A stretch of DNA of 64,000 bases from Podarcis gaigeae (Eukaryota): the NCBI GenBank assembly GCA_964106915.2, contig OZ066919.1. One strand, 5' to 3'. How positions within the stretch are numbered: position 1 is the stretch's first letter; each line of letters begins with the position of its first letter. A model generated the notes under the pieces. That model did not search any database. It saw only the letters and a program-made list of their open reading frames with translations, and was not told the origin of the DNA. Positions 1-14,386 of the stretch are shown piece by piece. Made by a program: the position numbers and the translations under genes.

Positions 1-3000
1 GGAGCAGGAAGGAGCAGCTTGGATGGGACCAGCAGGTCTGAAGTTTTAAAATTCTAGTTCTGATTTGCTTCTCTCTCTCTCTCAACCAAATCAGTTGGCC
101 TAGTAAGGCATGGTTACTGGAACAGAATGCTATTTAAGGACATGGGCTTCCAAACATCTTAGCTCACAAGGAGACCATTATTCTGGCAGCAAAGTAGAAA
201 GAAGTGACAGTATCTCTTTAATTACAGGCTGCTGTGATTGGAATGCAGCGTGCACAGGGCACTAAGGATGTGAAGGGCATGATGAAAGCATATTAGACAT
301 GCATCTATGAAGGTAGGAAGAGAACCAATAAAGAAAGCATGTCAGCACATATCCTGTCCACCTTTCAAGCGCTAATAGTAACTTTTCCCCTGGACTGCTC
401 GATTCCTTGTGAATTTTAAGCAGCTAACCACTTTGCTTCTGACTCCTTATGGGAGGTGTCATTTTCTAACACCCTGCATTAACACTCTGGTTAATTGTAA
501 AAAGAAGAAGAAGAAAAATCTGTGATTTTTATCTAGGGGGGAAGGGGACGACAGTTGTTAAAGCATTGTGCCTTCAAAGTGCCCAGCTTGCACATCATGA
601 GTAATCACAGTTAATGGCTTACTGTGAATGCAAATATCACTCCTCTCCTCTAGAGGAGGGATGGGGAATTGGATCCAGACTGCCGGCCAGCTCTTTATTT
701 TCCCCACTCTCCATGGACAAGGTTTAACAGGTAGATGAGGTCATGCAGTGCGTGCTGCATAGAAGCCTCTACTGTCAGCTGATGGAACTTCAAAGTACCA
801 TGCATGACTCTCTGTAAGCACTAACGACCAGCTGATTGTAAGGGCTTCAAAGTGTCACACACAGCGTCACAAATGTTGGGGCTTATTATGAGCCTCACTA
901 GGCACTATGTACAGGGTTTTTCAGGTCCTGCTGACTGGGAGTATCGACAAAGCTGTTTTTGGCCCAGCAATGTCTTTACCTGCTCCACACCTGGTGCCAT
1001 TTATGACTTCTGGTGAAGGGCAGCGAGGTATGGCTTGGTCAAAACAACCTTGCAGGTAAAATGAGGTTTCCCACCGCTGCTCTTGACAGTGGGAGCAACA
1101 AGCGACGATCTCTGTCTCAGCATTATGCCTGACTGGGAACTGTAGTTTGCTATGCTGAAACAAAACATGGTTGGTAAGACAAATCTTGGCTCAACACCCT
1201 GGTTTGTTTGGAAACAAACCACAATCCCTACTTCAGACATAACCTTAATACCTGGGTATTAAGGTTTGTTACGCCTGCTGGCTACAAGGGACGAGTGAAA
1301 CGAAAGCCTTCTGTGCATTTGATGGTTTAATGGATTACTGTGGTGTGCAAATTCTGCCAATGTGTGTGCATGAGGAGCTTAATATCAAAGCTATGGCATG
1401 TAACACAGTGACTGCTTCTGCAGTTATAAAATCTAAGTTTTTGATGGGTTACTTCATTCATTCGTACTGTGCTGTTTTCTCCTGTCGCCATATTATTATT
1501 GTATTTGTCTCTTTATTTTCAATTTGTGTGTTAAGAAATTTTCTTTCAGATTTATGCAGAATTCTAGACTAAACTTTTATTCTCACAATGGTTTTCTTGG
1601 ACAAGAATTGGTGATTCTCAAATTCTCCTGATATGCTTCATCAACACACTTTCATTTATTCAATAAAGTAAGTAATGCCTGATAGGATAGTCAATTAACT
1701 AGTGTTAATCATAGTTTTTCTTCTAGGTTCATTAGCTTGGAGAGTTCATAATCATCAATATAGTTTGGAATAATAAACTCACTAAGAGAACTTTAGAATA
1801 GAGGGCATGGGTTGGAAACCAACCCACTACTTACATGAACAAGACAGTGCTTAAAGTTTCATGGGGTGACAAATTGGAGTGTATCCTCTAAATGTCTAGT
1901 TATGTTTGCAAATGATCAGCCTTCAAATAATCCCTCCATTTTAGATTTGCTTATATGGTTTTATGCTGCAAGATGTATGCATGGTACTTCTTTCAAAGTT
2001 CTGCAGGGAACCGTTTAAGCAGCTTGTTATTCATGACACCAGTTCTTGCTCTTCATCATTTCAAATCAAGCCCTTTTGTATTTCTTTCAAATAATTCTGG
2101 AAACTCTGGAGGATTTCGTGGGAGCTCAGTTCAAAATTAATTATATCTGAGCAGAGGGTCTTACCATTAGGGAGGGTGAACCAGCCACCTCAGGCAGTAA
2201 ATTTGGGGTGTCATGAAAGGGCAACAAAGTGTTCATTATTTAGTTTGTTATTATTGTATCTTTACTGCCAGGAAGCAGGGAGAATTGCTTGTGGGGTTTT
2301 CAGGTGCCAAAATAACTTGACTGGCCTCACGAACTATACACCTTGACTTGATGGTGGTATACCATTTGCTGTTCTGCCTCAGGCAGCAAAAGGTGTTGGG
2401 CTGGCTGAATCTGAGTAAATCATCCTGTTTGCTTAAAAGCACTAAGCAAGCAGAGATGTACAAAGAGCACGTTGGCTCTAAGTCACATAGATTAACAAAA
2501 TGCTAGCAGTGTTACCTGTTTCAGTGCCTTGGAAGCAAGGGGGAAACAAATGTAAAACTTGAACGCAGGACCCATCTGTAAACAGCCAAAGAAAACACCT
2601 TGCTTTGGGAAGCTGAGATAAAAAGTGGCTGATGTCCTTAAAAGGTTGCCTTTGAGTTTCATAGAGGGGTGATTGTAGTGGCACATGGCCCCCACTACAA
2701 CAGTCAAGAGAGGTGGGTTTGCTAGGTTATACAGAGACGATCAACAAAATGAGATTGTCTGAGATCCTATAGAAAAGGATGGAATATGGAGCCCATCACA
2801 GGCTTTTGGAGAAAATGTGTTTATTTTTCTCTGGATACAATCTGAGCAAGGTTTTCTGGGCAGTGAACGCACGAGCGTGAGGAGGGTAAGTTGCTGAAAA
2901 ACCCTGAAGATGCCTCTCTGAATAATCTGGTGTGTGAGAGAGACCAAACACATTGCTTCCATCTCTCCCATAGCATCTAGCTTTCTATCTGCTGTGGTGA

Positions 3001-3465
3001 TGCTAATGAGCATTCCATTATCTTTCTTGATCCATCATGTAGTGCAAATTTCCTGGGACTGTACCATTTCAGACTACACATGAAGCACTGCACATCTGAA
3101 TGCCCCGTCCCCACTATCTGCACATACAATACTAGCACAAACATAAGCTAGGACCTCTGTTCCTCATGTGCTAAGTTTCCAGAGAAATTTTGATGTGAGT
3201 AAAAAACCATCTCTTATCTGCAGCCTGAAATGGTACAGATATAGGAATAGTATACCATGCAAGTTATCTGCATATGGAGATCAACACCTTTTTCTTTTGC
3301 AGAGATCTTTGAGACATAATGGGAGAACAAAGGGTGGTAGAAAATGCACATTTATGGGAATGTGATATCTTGATGACTATTGAACTGACAAAGTTGCTCT
3401 TTGTAATAGGTGGGGTAGAGAGCCGAAAACAAATGCCTGTCACACATGCCAAGCAGGAAACATAC

Positions 3466-3535
3466 CTGTAATCAAACGACCCATTATCTACCTTCTGGTC
3501 GTCAGGGTCCAGGGGTACATCTTTATTTTCTCGCA
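3466..3535 (-). CDS. NFASC: NFASC first cytoplasmic exon (VRENKDVPLDPDDQKVDNGSFDY)
   Basis: ttcacag| ... TAC AG|gtatgt, 70 nt, phase 1-2. Confidence 0.95.
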
Positions 3536-6350
3536 CTGTGAATAAATATTCAAATAAGCACACATTTTACTTTCATGTATTCAAGGCTGCGGTCCTAAAC
3601 ACACTTACGGGACTTGCTTCTGACTTGAGTGGGGACGGGTGAGCAATCCACCAAACTCTGATTCCAAAGGAGACTCTCACATTTTGATCTGGGCAAATCA
3701 TGATTTCAGAATGAGGGCTGTGGGCCTGCTTCTGCTCTTTTGAAAGAGTTTCCTGATCTTTAAATTTGTAAAAATGGTTAATCCAGCCACCCTTGGCCGG
3801 AGCAGCTAGTGCTTTGAATGCAATAGAATGCAAGTCCCTCTGGGAGCGATGGGATTTGATGAAGCTCCATCATTCTCATGAAGAAATGTATGGGAAAAAA
3901 CACTGCTGCCCCCCAAATTCACATGGACCCTTCACCTCTCTCAAACATTTTTTTTAATACCTTGCTGTTTGTGCATGGATATTTCATGTTTTTCTTTTTA
4001 AAAATATACACTGAAATGGGATGGGGGGACTTAAGTCTCATCCCCATGTAGAATTGGTTCAGATGTTTATGTGTCCATCCATTCCTAGGTCTGAGAAAAC
4101 CTGTTTAGGATTGTGCTGCTAGCCTCCCAGCTTCTGCTGTCTTGTAGGTGGTCAGGAATTTAGACTGAAAATGGATGAGAAGCATCTGAAGAAATAACTG
4201 ACATTGAGGTGGTTTTGCTGTTGGCAAATGTATGTGCAAAGTCATTTTTGATCACTTCCATGCTTTTAATCTCCAAAATATAATACACATAAATCCCAGG
4301 CTGAGCAAGATTCTGATTCAAGTTCTCTTTCAAATCTTGTCTCCTGCCATTGAAGTAATCATTATTATTTCCTGCATCACAAATGCCTGGCTCAAAACTG
4401 TCACGCTAGTTGCATGCTGAACAGAGCGCAACAAATAAATTGATGTTACTATATTGTGAATAGTAAGGGTAGCATTTCCTGTGCATATGGCGTTTAGAAT
4501 TGTTGGGAAATTGTCCCATGAGCTTAAAGCAAGACAAAATACAAGCTCATGTGCCTTATTTTTAGAACTGCTGCTCTAGTATTATTTGGATGCAGTCCTG
4601 AAAAAGCCGACATTTGCCGACTACTATCATGCAGTGTGATATCCGGTAAATAATAAAACAGAAGAAAATAGTAGTAAAAGATTATGGCTTGGAAGTGTTT
4701 CCTAAACCACAGCTATTGTAACGTACAAAGAATATTTCTTGGACTCTTAATATGACCATACTCATCTTAACTGCATACCCTTGGGGCTAACTGAATACCC
4801 TTAACTGTGTTTTATAGAGATATTTAGCGCTCTGCTATCTTACTTTGAAACAAGGATCTCTAGACAGACCAAGCCAGGTATACTATTTAGCAACAAGTGT
4901 GCACATGTGCATGTGCGCACACACACACAAACATACACTGGTTTGCCCTTAATTGACTAGAATGTGGGATTGCTCCCTAAATACAGTGGCCGGATACACC
5001 AGACAACTTGGATTACAAGCCAACATGGCAAGCGTTTCAGTTCCATATGAGAACCTTCCTATTTATGCCAAGGCATTTTGGATTGTGTGGATGGCTTTTG
5101 GAACTGTATTCTATTTTTGCTTTTAGCTTCTTGAGTTTTTGTTCTCTCCTCTTGCATTTTGTCAAACTTATTTGTAGGTTTTAAATTGTATTTATACGTT
5201 GTGTGAATGAATTCTATTCACACTTTCGTACAGCACTTTGGAATCTTTTTGATCTACAGTGGTTAAGACATCTTTGGAATAAATTAAAAGCAACCAGTTT
5301 ACTTCTTCCCAATATCACATAGACACTTTCTACTGGTGAATGTATTCTTAAATTACCACACTTCCTTTATGCTTGAAGAGACCCGTGAAAAAGTAAATAA
5401 TTTTTGCAAGGGACAGTGGGACAAGTGAAAGAAACACAAGTACATCTATCAGCTGAAAAATGTGAGTACATTTCAAATACCTCTTCCAGCAAATAAAAAA
5501 AGGGGGGGGGGAGGGACTTATATCCTGTTATGTGATTGCCTCTCACCTCCAGATACAGCATAGTCAAAATCTGTATGGTACTTCTCTCCCCCTCCCCACT
5601 ATGTTTAATAGTTCAGGTGGGATGGGGGTCAGGGATCAGTGCAATTGTGATATAGAAAACCGTACAGGAAGAAAAGATTAAGAACTCCCTGTCCTAATGC
5701 AGCTCCCTAATAAAAAACCCTCTTGCATATCTGCTCATAAATAATATGGTTTTTCTCTTTCCTTTAAGGAAACTGGTCATGGATGCCCCATGTTATGTCT
5801 CTTTTGGACCTTGGCATAATATACAAACAGCATGCCATGTATTTTAGGTAGGGCATTATTTCCCTTTGGACTAAGGAAACAGGTAATTGTTTCTGTATAA
5901 CTGGCTTGTCATTCTTGTCATGCACTGCAGCTTGATGTTAGAAGCTGCCTGCCACAATCTTTGTGTGTACTTAAGGGTCTAGCAGAAAACCTTCTTGCAC
6001 ACAAGACCTTATCAGATCTTGGGAGAGAACAGAGTAGTCATCACACAACCATAGTATGCAGTCCAAGCAGGTTCTGAGAGAGGTGTTTTACCCCTAAGCC
6101 CTTCCTCCTCCTTTGAAAAAAAAAAGGTATCAATGCAATCCCCTCTAGAGAAAGTCCTTTTGCAAATGCAGAATGAGTAAAGACCCTTATCGTACGTGGG
6201 GTCAAATCCCAACAAAAGTCATGGGATGAGGCTTCACCTCCTACCTAGCTGGAAGTCCTCTTGCATTGCTTTTAATGAGATAAATTATTTTCAGTGCCAC
6301 AGCTGCTAAAAAATGGTAGGACTAAATCCATCCACTGGGAAGCCTATGAT

Positions 6351-6485
6351 CAGTGCTATTTTTCTAGAAAAAGAGGTGCTGGAATTCGCCATGAACATCT
6401 CCCTTGTTTTCTTATAATGGCAATGGCACCCACGTGAGAGATGCCAGAACTGACTTCCAGTGAGTTCTGGCTGAAAAAAGCCCTG
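6351..6485. mobile_element. Short non-autonomous DNA transposon (hAT-like)
   Basis: Imperfect TIR CAGTGCTATTTTT / AAAAAAGCCCTG; resembles a recalled squamate repeat. Confidence 0.6.
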
Positions 6486-6577
6486 GATGATTATGATCAG
6501 ACCATCTATCTAGATTTGGGAATGAATACTTCAAACCCAACAACAATGCTACACCAGTTGATAGCTATTTCTCTTAC

Positions 6578-6709
6578 CTGGATATTTCCCTCCTCTGCTT
6601 CTCTTAATGAAGCAAACTATCAGCAAAATAAGGACCAGGAGAGCGATGGCACACATCAGTCCAATAAACCAGCCCTGAGTTGCAATGTCCCCTTGGTTCT
6701 TGTTATAGG
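6578..6709 (-). CDS. NFASC: NFASC transmembrane exon ([44 protein letters not shown])
   Basis: ctactag| ... |gtaaga, 132 nt, phase 1-1; diagnostic neurofascin TM segment. Confidence 0.97.
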
Positions 6710-7087
6710 CTAGTAGGAGAAGTTGAAAGAAAAAACGTTAAGAAGAAATAGAATTGATACACATAGTGCTGAAAAATGAAAATAGCAAGCAAAAGCTATT
6801 AGATGCTTCCTGTCCCACCCATTCCCAAGCTTCACATTTGAGGACTGGAGTCTCTCAATGCCGGTCTTCCCAAATTGGCCTGGTTTGGAAGCCACATGAA
6901 ACCACAGTTAAAATGGAATTATGGTTGATGTAAAAGAGCAGTATGCTAGTACATGCTGCTCTAAAGTGCCTGTTGGGACCGGGGAGGAAGCAAATCAAAG
7001 GGTGGTTATGTATATTATATGTGAACCAGCAGTTGTGATTTGTTTCTCTCCAAACCAAGCATGGAAGCTAAGGTTTGTTCTTTGCTT

Positions 7088-7317
7088 AATAATAATAATA
7101 TTTATACCCACCCATCTGGCTGGGTTTCCCCAGCCACTCTGGGTGGCTCCCAACAGAGGACTAAAAACAGAATAAAACTTCAAACACTAAAAACTTCCCT
7201 GAACTTCAGATATTTTCTAAAAGTCAGGTAGTTATTTCCTTGACATCTGATGGGACATCTGATGGGAGGGTGTTCCACAGGGCGGGCGCCACTACCGAGA
7301 AGGCCCTCTGCCTGGTT
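7088..7317 (-). mobile_element. L2-type LINE 3' end
   Basis: (TAA)n tail next to ...ATACCCACCCATCTGGCTGGGTTTCCCCAGCCACTCTGGG, recalled as a lizard L2 3' end. Confidence 0.7.
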
Positions 7318-7326
7318 CTGCTCATG

Positions 7327-7650
7327 GGCTGCATTCACATTGCAGTTTATTCTGTTTCCCTGTTTTTCTAACCGTTTATTTCCACATCACATTTGAGCTT
7401 TTACAACACCTAAAAGCTACTTCCAGAAATACACTAGAATATAGTGCAAGTTTAGTGCTTATTTTCATGTTATTTGCAAATGGATTTTTTTTGTAAACAA
7501 ACAACATAGAAATGAGTGCTAAAGTTGTGCTATATTCTGATATATTTGTGGAAGTGGCTTTTATGTAACGTGAAAGCTCAAATATAATGTGGAAATGATC
7601 AGTTAGGGAGATACTGAGAAAATGGAATAAACTGTCATGTGACTGCAGCC
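7327..7650. mobile_element. Near-palindromic MITE, PIF/Harbinger-like
   Basis: Long inverted arms GGCTGCATTCACAT..CAGTTTATTC..ATTTCCACAT..ATTTGAGCTTT / AAAGCTCAAAT..ATGTGGAAAT..GAATAAACTG..ATGTGACTGCAGCC; 3-bp duplication ATG. Confidence 0.7.
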
Positions 7651-10266
7651 ATGGTTTCTTTGGGGGAAACAAACCATAAGCACTGGTTCACATAGAAGAC
7701 AATGGCAGCCTCTGGTTTGTTTCCTCCTTGACACACCAAAGGAAGGAGCAAGGGGAAGAGTACAATAGGGATTTTTGAGCAGTATGCTCCAGCACACTGC
7801 TCATTCGCATAAAGCATTTGTTTAATTTTAACTATGGTTTAACATGTACAAACCAGGTCATTATCTGTGTGGGGATTTTTCAGATTTGAGACATCATATC
7901 GGGCCTTTCTATTTTTCCAAATGCATCACAACTCAAGTTCTAACAGTGACAATTCAGATCCAAGGATAGCAGTGAAGGCAAAGGAAAACACAGGTGGGTA
8001 CAGCAGACTTGCGTAGAGAAATAAATATATGGTATTGCCTAACAAAGGAGGGTTATATAAAATGGGTGGGGGAAGCAGAAGAAGCTGGGTAACAGATTTG
8101 ATTCATGGTAATGGGAAATATTGTAGGTGGTACCTCAAAAGAGGATGCAAAGTTCTCCAAGGAGCAACCAAGGATTCATATTTATCTGGTACCTAGCTAG
8201 AACAAACAAGTACAAAAGGCTTCCTAACACATTATTCAATGTCCTGAAAACCACAGAGAACATGAGAGACTGAGGCCTGCCCAGGCTTGTCCCAGCTTGT
8301 GTACAATGCATTAAGTAATGGTTTATAGCATGATGTGTTTTTGCAAAACATCACAAAGTTTTCCCAGGGAAAGTGGCAGGACTAAAAAAAAACAAAAAAC
8401 AAAAAAAAGCCCACACAAAACCCTCTCAGAGCCCTGATTAGAAAGCATGGGACAAATGGAAGAAATCATGGGATGAGCCCTAAGTCAGGCTCATTAATTT
8501 CAATGCGTTTACTCTGAGTAAGACTTAGTTGAATACCACCCAAAGCTTGAAGCTTATGTGACTTACCAACTATGGTGGTAGTATATTTCTTCTACCGGTA
8601 AATTATTTTGCGAAAAAGGAAAACATACACATCTAACTGACCTAATTATTATAATATTGCACACAACCCATTACTCTGTTGGATTTTAAATAAATGTTAT
8701 TAGTGACATATGACAAGTGAAACAGTGTCAAGTCTTAAATGAGCAGCAATTCAATGAAGTCAATTCTTAGCTTATATAGCACTTTATTTTCTTGGGCCAA
8801 GTTCATCCTGGATCACTAAAACATAGACATTTGAGAGTACCTAACGTAAAAACTTGTGCATTTCAAACTTCGCAAAAAAGCAGAGCTCATCAAGACTGTA
8901 TGCACACTTCATTATAGGAATGATTCACTCAGAGAAACTGTGAAAGGGTTTAATGGTTGGCTTCATGACTTTAAAATCAATGGTAATTTTTCCTCCTTGT
9001 GAATCAAACTGGAATTGCGCTATTAAACCATAACCTAATGGCTTTATCAGAACGCCAGTAGGAAGTAACATGTATAAGCAGCTTTCAAGTTATTGACAAT
9101 AAATTAAAAATATCCTGAATAGCACTAATGGAAGATTATCACAGCCACGCAGAGTTGAAGCTCTGCCAACAGTATAATGAAGATACACTCTATATTCGTA
9201 GCCAACAGACCTTTCTTAGACTCTCTCTGGGTCTTCTCACATTAAGTGCTCAATTCCGCAATACTTACTTACAACAAAAGTTTGATCACAGGAGGACATG
9301 CAAATGTATTAGAGGACACCCTCTCTTTTAATTCCACCCAAATAAGTGAATATATGTTATTTTGGTTCCCCAGCCACCCTAAAATCAGGTTGTCTTCAAA
9401 GCTGGGAATGGATTATAAAAAATGTGCATTTGGCGTCAGGATCTTTGGGGCAGAGGCCCAAACTCACACGATACCAGGGCCCATGAACATTTAGGCCCCA
9501 GAGCCATCTTTCTTACATATAAGTAGGTAAAAATGTTGCCATGCTGTAGTTTGCTTGGCCACAGATAGGGAGCACTGCAAAAAAAATGATGATGAGAGGC
9601 AGTGGATGGGAAGTCCAGGCAAGTCATAGAAGGGCAGTCAGAGCAGACTGCAGCCTTGCACCTCCCCCTCCACTGACTCCTCTGCTTGCCAGCCTCTGGG
9701 ACCTTGCCCCTAGGATCCAGATCCCCAAGCCAGCTAGCCCTGTGCTAGCTACCTTCTTCCTCCCTGGCCAGCCTCAAAATCCACTGCTGTTTCCACCACC
9801 GTTTAGCATCAAGAGCAACGCAGGGGTGAGGAAGGCGCCCAGAAGTGCCAGCTAGCCTTGAGATCCAGAGCAATGGCATTGAAGTGGAAAGGAACAAGGC
9901 AGACACCCAGAAGTGGTAGCTGCCTGTCCTTGGAATCCATGGAAAGTGGAAGGTCTAAGCTGCCCCACCTTGGCCCTTTCATCCTCTGAAAGAAAAACAA
10001 ACATGTCCAACTACTCTCCCTAACAAAGTCAGTACTTCTCAATTTGCCTCCCTCAGTGCAGCCTCTAGGACCTCTGTAGTCATCTTCCAGCATCTTTCGT
10101 CTGTCATGATCTGAACAATCGCCAGTGTTCCAGCTCCCTTAGAAAATCTTAAGGGCTTTTTTGCTTTTTACCTCCATTTCTTCAAGTGTCTCTCACAGCA
10201 GCTTTTTAATTACACTACTTTCCAGCTTGAGTTACACACAATGATTTTACTTCCCTCCCAACCTCT

Positions 10267-10469
10267 AGGCACCGGAAGAAAGGTAAACAGCGTTTCTGTG
10301 TGCTGCTCTGGCTCTCCAGAAGCGGCTTAGTCATGCTGGCCACATGACCCGGAAGCTGTCTGCGGACAAACGCCGGCTCCCATGGCCTATAGAGTGAGAT
10401 GAGCGCCACAACCCCAGAGTCGGACACGACTGGACCTAATGGTCAGGGGTCCCTTTACCTTTACCTTTA
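10267..10469 (+). mobile_element. 5'-truncated Sauria SINE
   Basis: Matches the 3' half of the other copies; (ACCTTT)n tail; 9-bp TSD CCAACCTCT (10258-10266 / 10470-10478). Confidence 0.9.
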
Positions 10470-13400
10470 CCAACCTCTTAGCCCATCATTAGAAGTGTAC
10501 TGTAGACTCCTGCTTAAAGTTTCTGGGTTTTCCCCTTAACTGTCATGTTCCAAGGCTGAACCTTTGATCGTCCTGTGCCAAACTTCCAGAACATTCCCTA
10601 GTACTTTTAACCTTTTTGTGAGTTTTTGAGCTTCTAAAGCAAAAGCTATTGTTGGACAAGTTTTAACAGGAAACGCAAACTCAAAATGTTTGAAAGGCCT
10701 ATTCTCAGGGGCAAATACTGATTTCCTGTTACGTTCATATCATTTGAGGAATCTACCAATACATCATTATGATGTTTTTTCAAAAGGTATGAGCAATTTT
10801 AATTGACTCAAAAGTGCCAGGTGCCCCATTGGCCTTTGTGCTTTGACATTCTCCCTGTTCACTACTGGCAGCTGATTTACCATGCATCCCCTTTTCCTGT
10901 TAAAAGCACTACTGTGGGAAAAAAGTCCACTTTGAAGCTATTCTAATGGAAGGAGCAAGACACTAATTGCATGGACTTCAGAACTGCATTAGGCTAAATG
11001 AAACTACAGGGTTGACAAAGAGGGAATAGAATTATACTGGAGGCTTTTGGAACAAATGGTGATTCAATTAACGATGCTAACATATAAAAGCTTTCAATAG
11101 AATAGAAGGAAGATAGGAAAGGCAAATATCAGATCGCACGATATACAGAATGAAAGGGGGAAAAGTATAATATACAAGTATACTTTTGATACAATAATGA
11201 TAAAAAAATCCTCCAACATATTCACAGAACCCTGTCCAAATCAAATAGGCAATGTCAAAATGATACAATGGCACACATCAAATGTAGTTGTTCTGTCCTC
11301 CTTAAACTTACATTTCATTTGCAAACAGCCTGATCCCGTTTTGCAAAGCCAAAATGCTTTCACCTGATCTCTTATAGCCATTGGCATGAGGCAACAGTTT
11401 CTAAACTTGATGTAGCCTTGCTTTGGCTATGTACAGGAGGAATAATAATCTTCCCATGCTTTTAGGGGGAAGTGTGACAGAGACCAAAAGAGGATGCCAT
11501 AGGACAGAGCAGGGAATCTTTCTTTAGCTCAGTGGGCCAGATCCTTATCGGGACCAGTCTCGCGGGCCAAATTTGACAGGTGGGTGATACCATCTGCCAA
11601 TTAAATGACATAAATATGATGTCACATGATTGACAGGTGGGTGCGGCCATGCACCTGTAAAAATCCCTACGGCAGTTTTGCAACTCTCCATCTACTCCCC
11701 ATTTAAACCCCTAATTCCGGACGTTAGGGTGAGCATGGGGAGCTTTGCAAAGGCTTTAAAGCAACCCCTGTGTTCCTGCTTGAGTGTCAAAAAAATAGAA
11801 GACAGGCCTAAATGTACATTCCCAATATTGAATGTAATTTCACTGTACTTAAGGTGGTGTCAGGTGAATGTGACTTAGGCCCCAAAGTCCTTGTCAGATA
11901 ACAGGAATCCACACCTACTTTGCAGTTGGCTGCAATTTTTATGGATTGGCCTTGTTGGCCTCCTTCTGGGCCCCACCTGTAGAGCAACATCAGTGATGAA
12001 TTGCATTTTGCATATAATGGGTTGTCAAGACCTATTATAAGTGTCACACCCTTATGACATTTTACATGTATACTTACTGTATTTTTAACAGGGCAGTGGA
12101 AGTTAATATTATTTTTCCATCCAGGTATATTTGTGTAACATTAAATATCACTCACTGCACGGCAAAGTATTGTTCAAATTAACCAAAACTGAGCAAAAGA
12201 AATAATGTAGTAAAACTGCAGCTGTGGGGCTACTTGGCTAGTACAATTTCTACTTAGAAAAATAAGCTGCTGTCTCCAGAAGAGTGACTTTCAAAATAAC
12301 CTAAAGAAAAAGGACAGCGCTTTCGTCTCACAGGTATTAATGAGGGAACATGATAGTAAGCTCTGATCTATCACATCAGAAGCAGCCAGCCTGGAAGAGA
12401 AAAGGAATGAAAATACAAGAGGCACTAAAAGAAAGCAAGGGAGGTCACTAAAATAGTGTAGCTTTGGCAGTCACCTGGGATGCATTAGAGGAAAAAAGCA
12501 TAGAATTTGGAAATCTTCCATTACTGTATCTTGAGATACAGAAAAAGTACTCTTCTAAAGCACAAAATACATATGGAACACACATAAACATACAACAAAA
12601 AGCAAATCTATCAGCACTGATCCAATTTACCCAATTACGGCAAGGAGCAAGAACTGTGTTATTCCCATGTATTTTTTTGGGTTGATGTAGCTAGGAGGTT
12701 TGCCAAGCCAAAATAAACTAAAATATTTAGCCCAATATATGTTGCATTTTGGATTCTTATTTGTAAACCACAACACATTATGTGTAAATCAGGCTTCATC
12801 TGAAGCACCGCTCTCAATATCCAGTTTCCTGGGAAAAACACCACCAAATTTCAGTGAGATAGCACCACTAATGAACTATGTTAGGGTTACATTTTCAACA
12901 TATCCATCCTCAGCTGGGAGGCATTTCATCTGCAACACAGAAGATGATCTCACTCTCTACACACATACGTAACTATGTACAAACTGATACTGGATTGCAA
13001 AAAAAATAAAGTTCCCCAAGATCAAATAGATGGTTCTCTCTGGTTCAGTCCATTAGCAGGAAGGATGTACTCCTCCAGTTGCTGGACTGCTAAAACTGTA
13101 TGCCATCTGAGCAAATATTTTCAAATGCAGCAAAGGAACTGTTGCTCAAGCATTTATGTAAAAGCTACTAGTCGTCATGATGGCTATACAGAAGCTGCAT
13201 ATCCAGGGGCACCATGCCTCAGTGTACCAGTTTCTGGAGATCAACAGTTGGAGAAGGCTATTGCCTTCATGTCCTGCTTGTGAGCTTTCCAGTAGCATCT
13301 GGCTGAACACCTGGGAAGCAGGATGAGAACCTCTCCACTCACACCAGGGCAACTGTGAAGGTCAGCAGTGTTACAAAAGTTAATTGTTTCTGACGGAACA

Positions 13401-14386
13401 ACCAAGTTGTTGAGGGGCTGGGGCAGGCAGGCAGAAATTGCTTGGGGGATGTATATGAACTGTGGGCCACTGGTTAGTTACCCGTGGTAGATTTAAAAAT
13501 ATGGCATTTTTCATTTGTTTTCACACATGTTCAGACTAGGTTAGCAATTTCTTTCCACCATTTGTCTATATGCCACCATAAACTTTATCATTTTAGAGTT
13601 AAAAGAGAAACCTTGCTTAAATTGTGTGGACATTTTGCTTATAGCTTTTGACACATTGCTTAAAGCTTTCTACTGAATGACCCTCCGATTCTTTCCACTC
13701 AGCATACATTTCAGCTATTTCTCACATGGAAACCACTTTTCTAATTACCTGCATTGACAAAAGGAGCTTTTATTATGGACACAGGAGGAAACCTGGGATA
13801 TGATTATGTTTGATTAAGCTTCACTATGACTGAAGCTGATTATTTGACAGCTACCTAAAATTCTGAAACCAGAGGTCAGAAATGTGAATGCATAAACTAA
13901 TATCTACTGAAGTCTGACTGGTTCCATGCTGCAGCCCTATAGCACTACCAGGCAGTACTGTAAATAGATCTAAAAGGAGGTTCCACACAGTATTTAATAT
14001 TGTGTTATACCATCCAGGAATGTCTTTTACCATGGTCAATATCCATTATGTTTATTCACAGGCAAGTCCTGTTCAGCAAAGGCTCTTTTCAATGATAATT
14101 AAAAGCTTCCTGCTTAGGGTTGTAGCCATTTTATTGCTTCATATTCAGTGGTGCTGAAGGATTAGTGAATTGCCCCTTAATTTCCTCATCTGTAAGCTTC
14201 CTTTCATTTTTAAAAATAGTGAAATAGAAAAAAGGAAGCTTCGGGTAAAGATGAAGTAGCCCTGAAAGATGTCAATAGAAATTGTCTACATTAGACTGGC
14301 TGGCAATGCAATTGTGTTTTTATTGCCACTCCCCCAACTGAAAAAACCCTTTGGAAACAGAAAAAAGTTACTGAAATACATTGACC

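Noticed and set aside
362-371. tag|CGCTTGAAAG|gtggac as the RSLE microexon
   Set aside because: The 3' end resembles RSLE codons, but it is only 10 nt (frameshifting), has a purine-rich upstream region and a poor donor.
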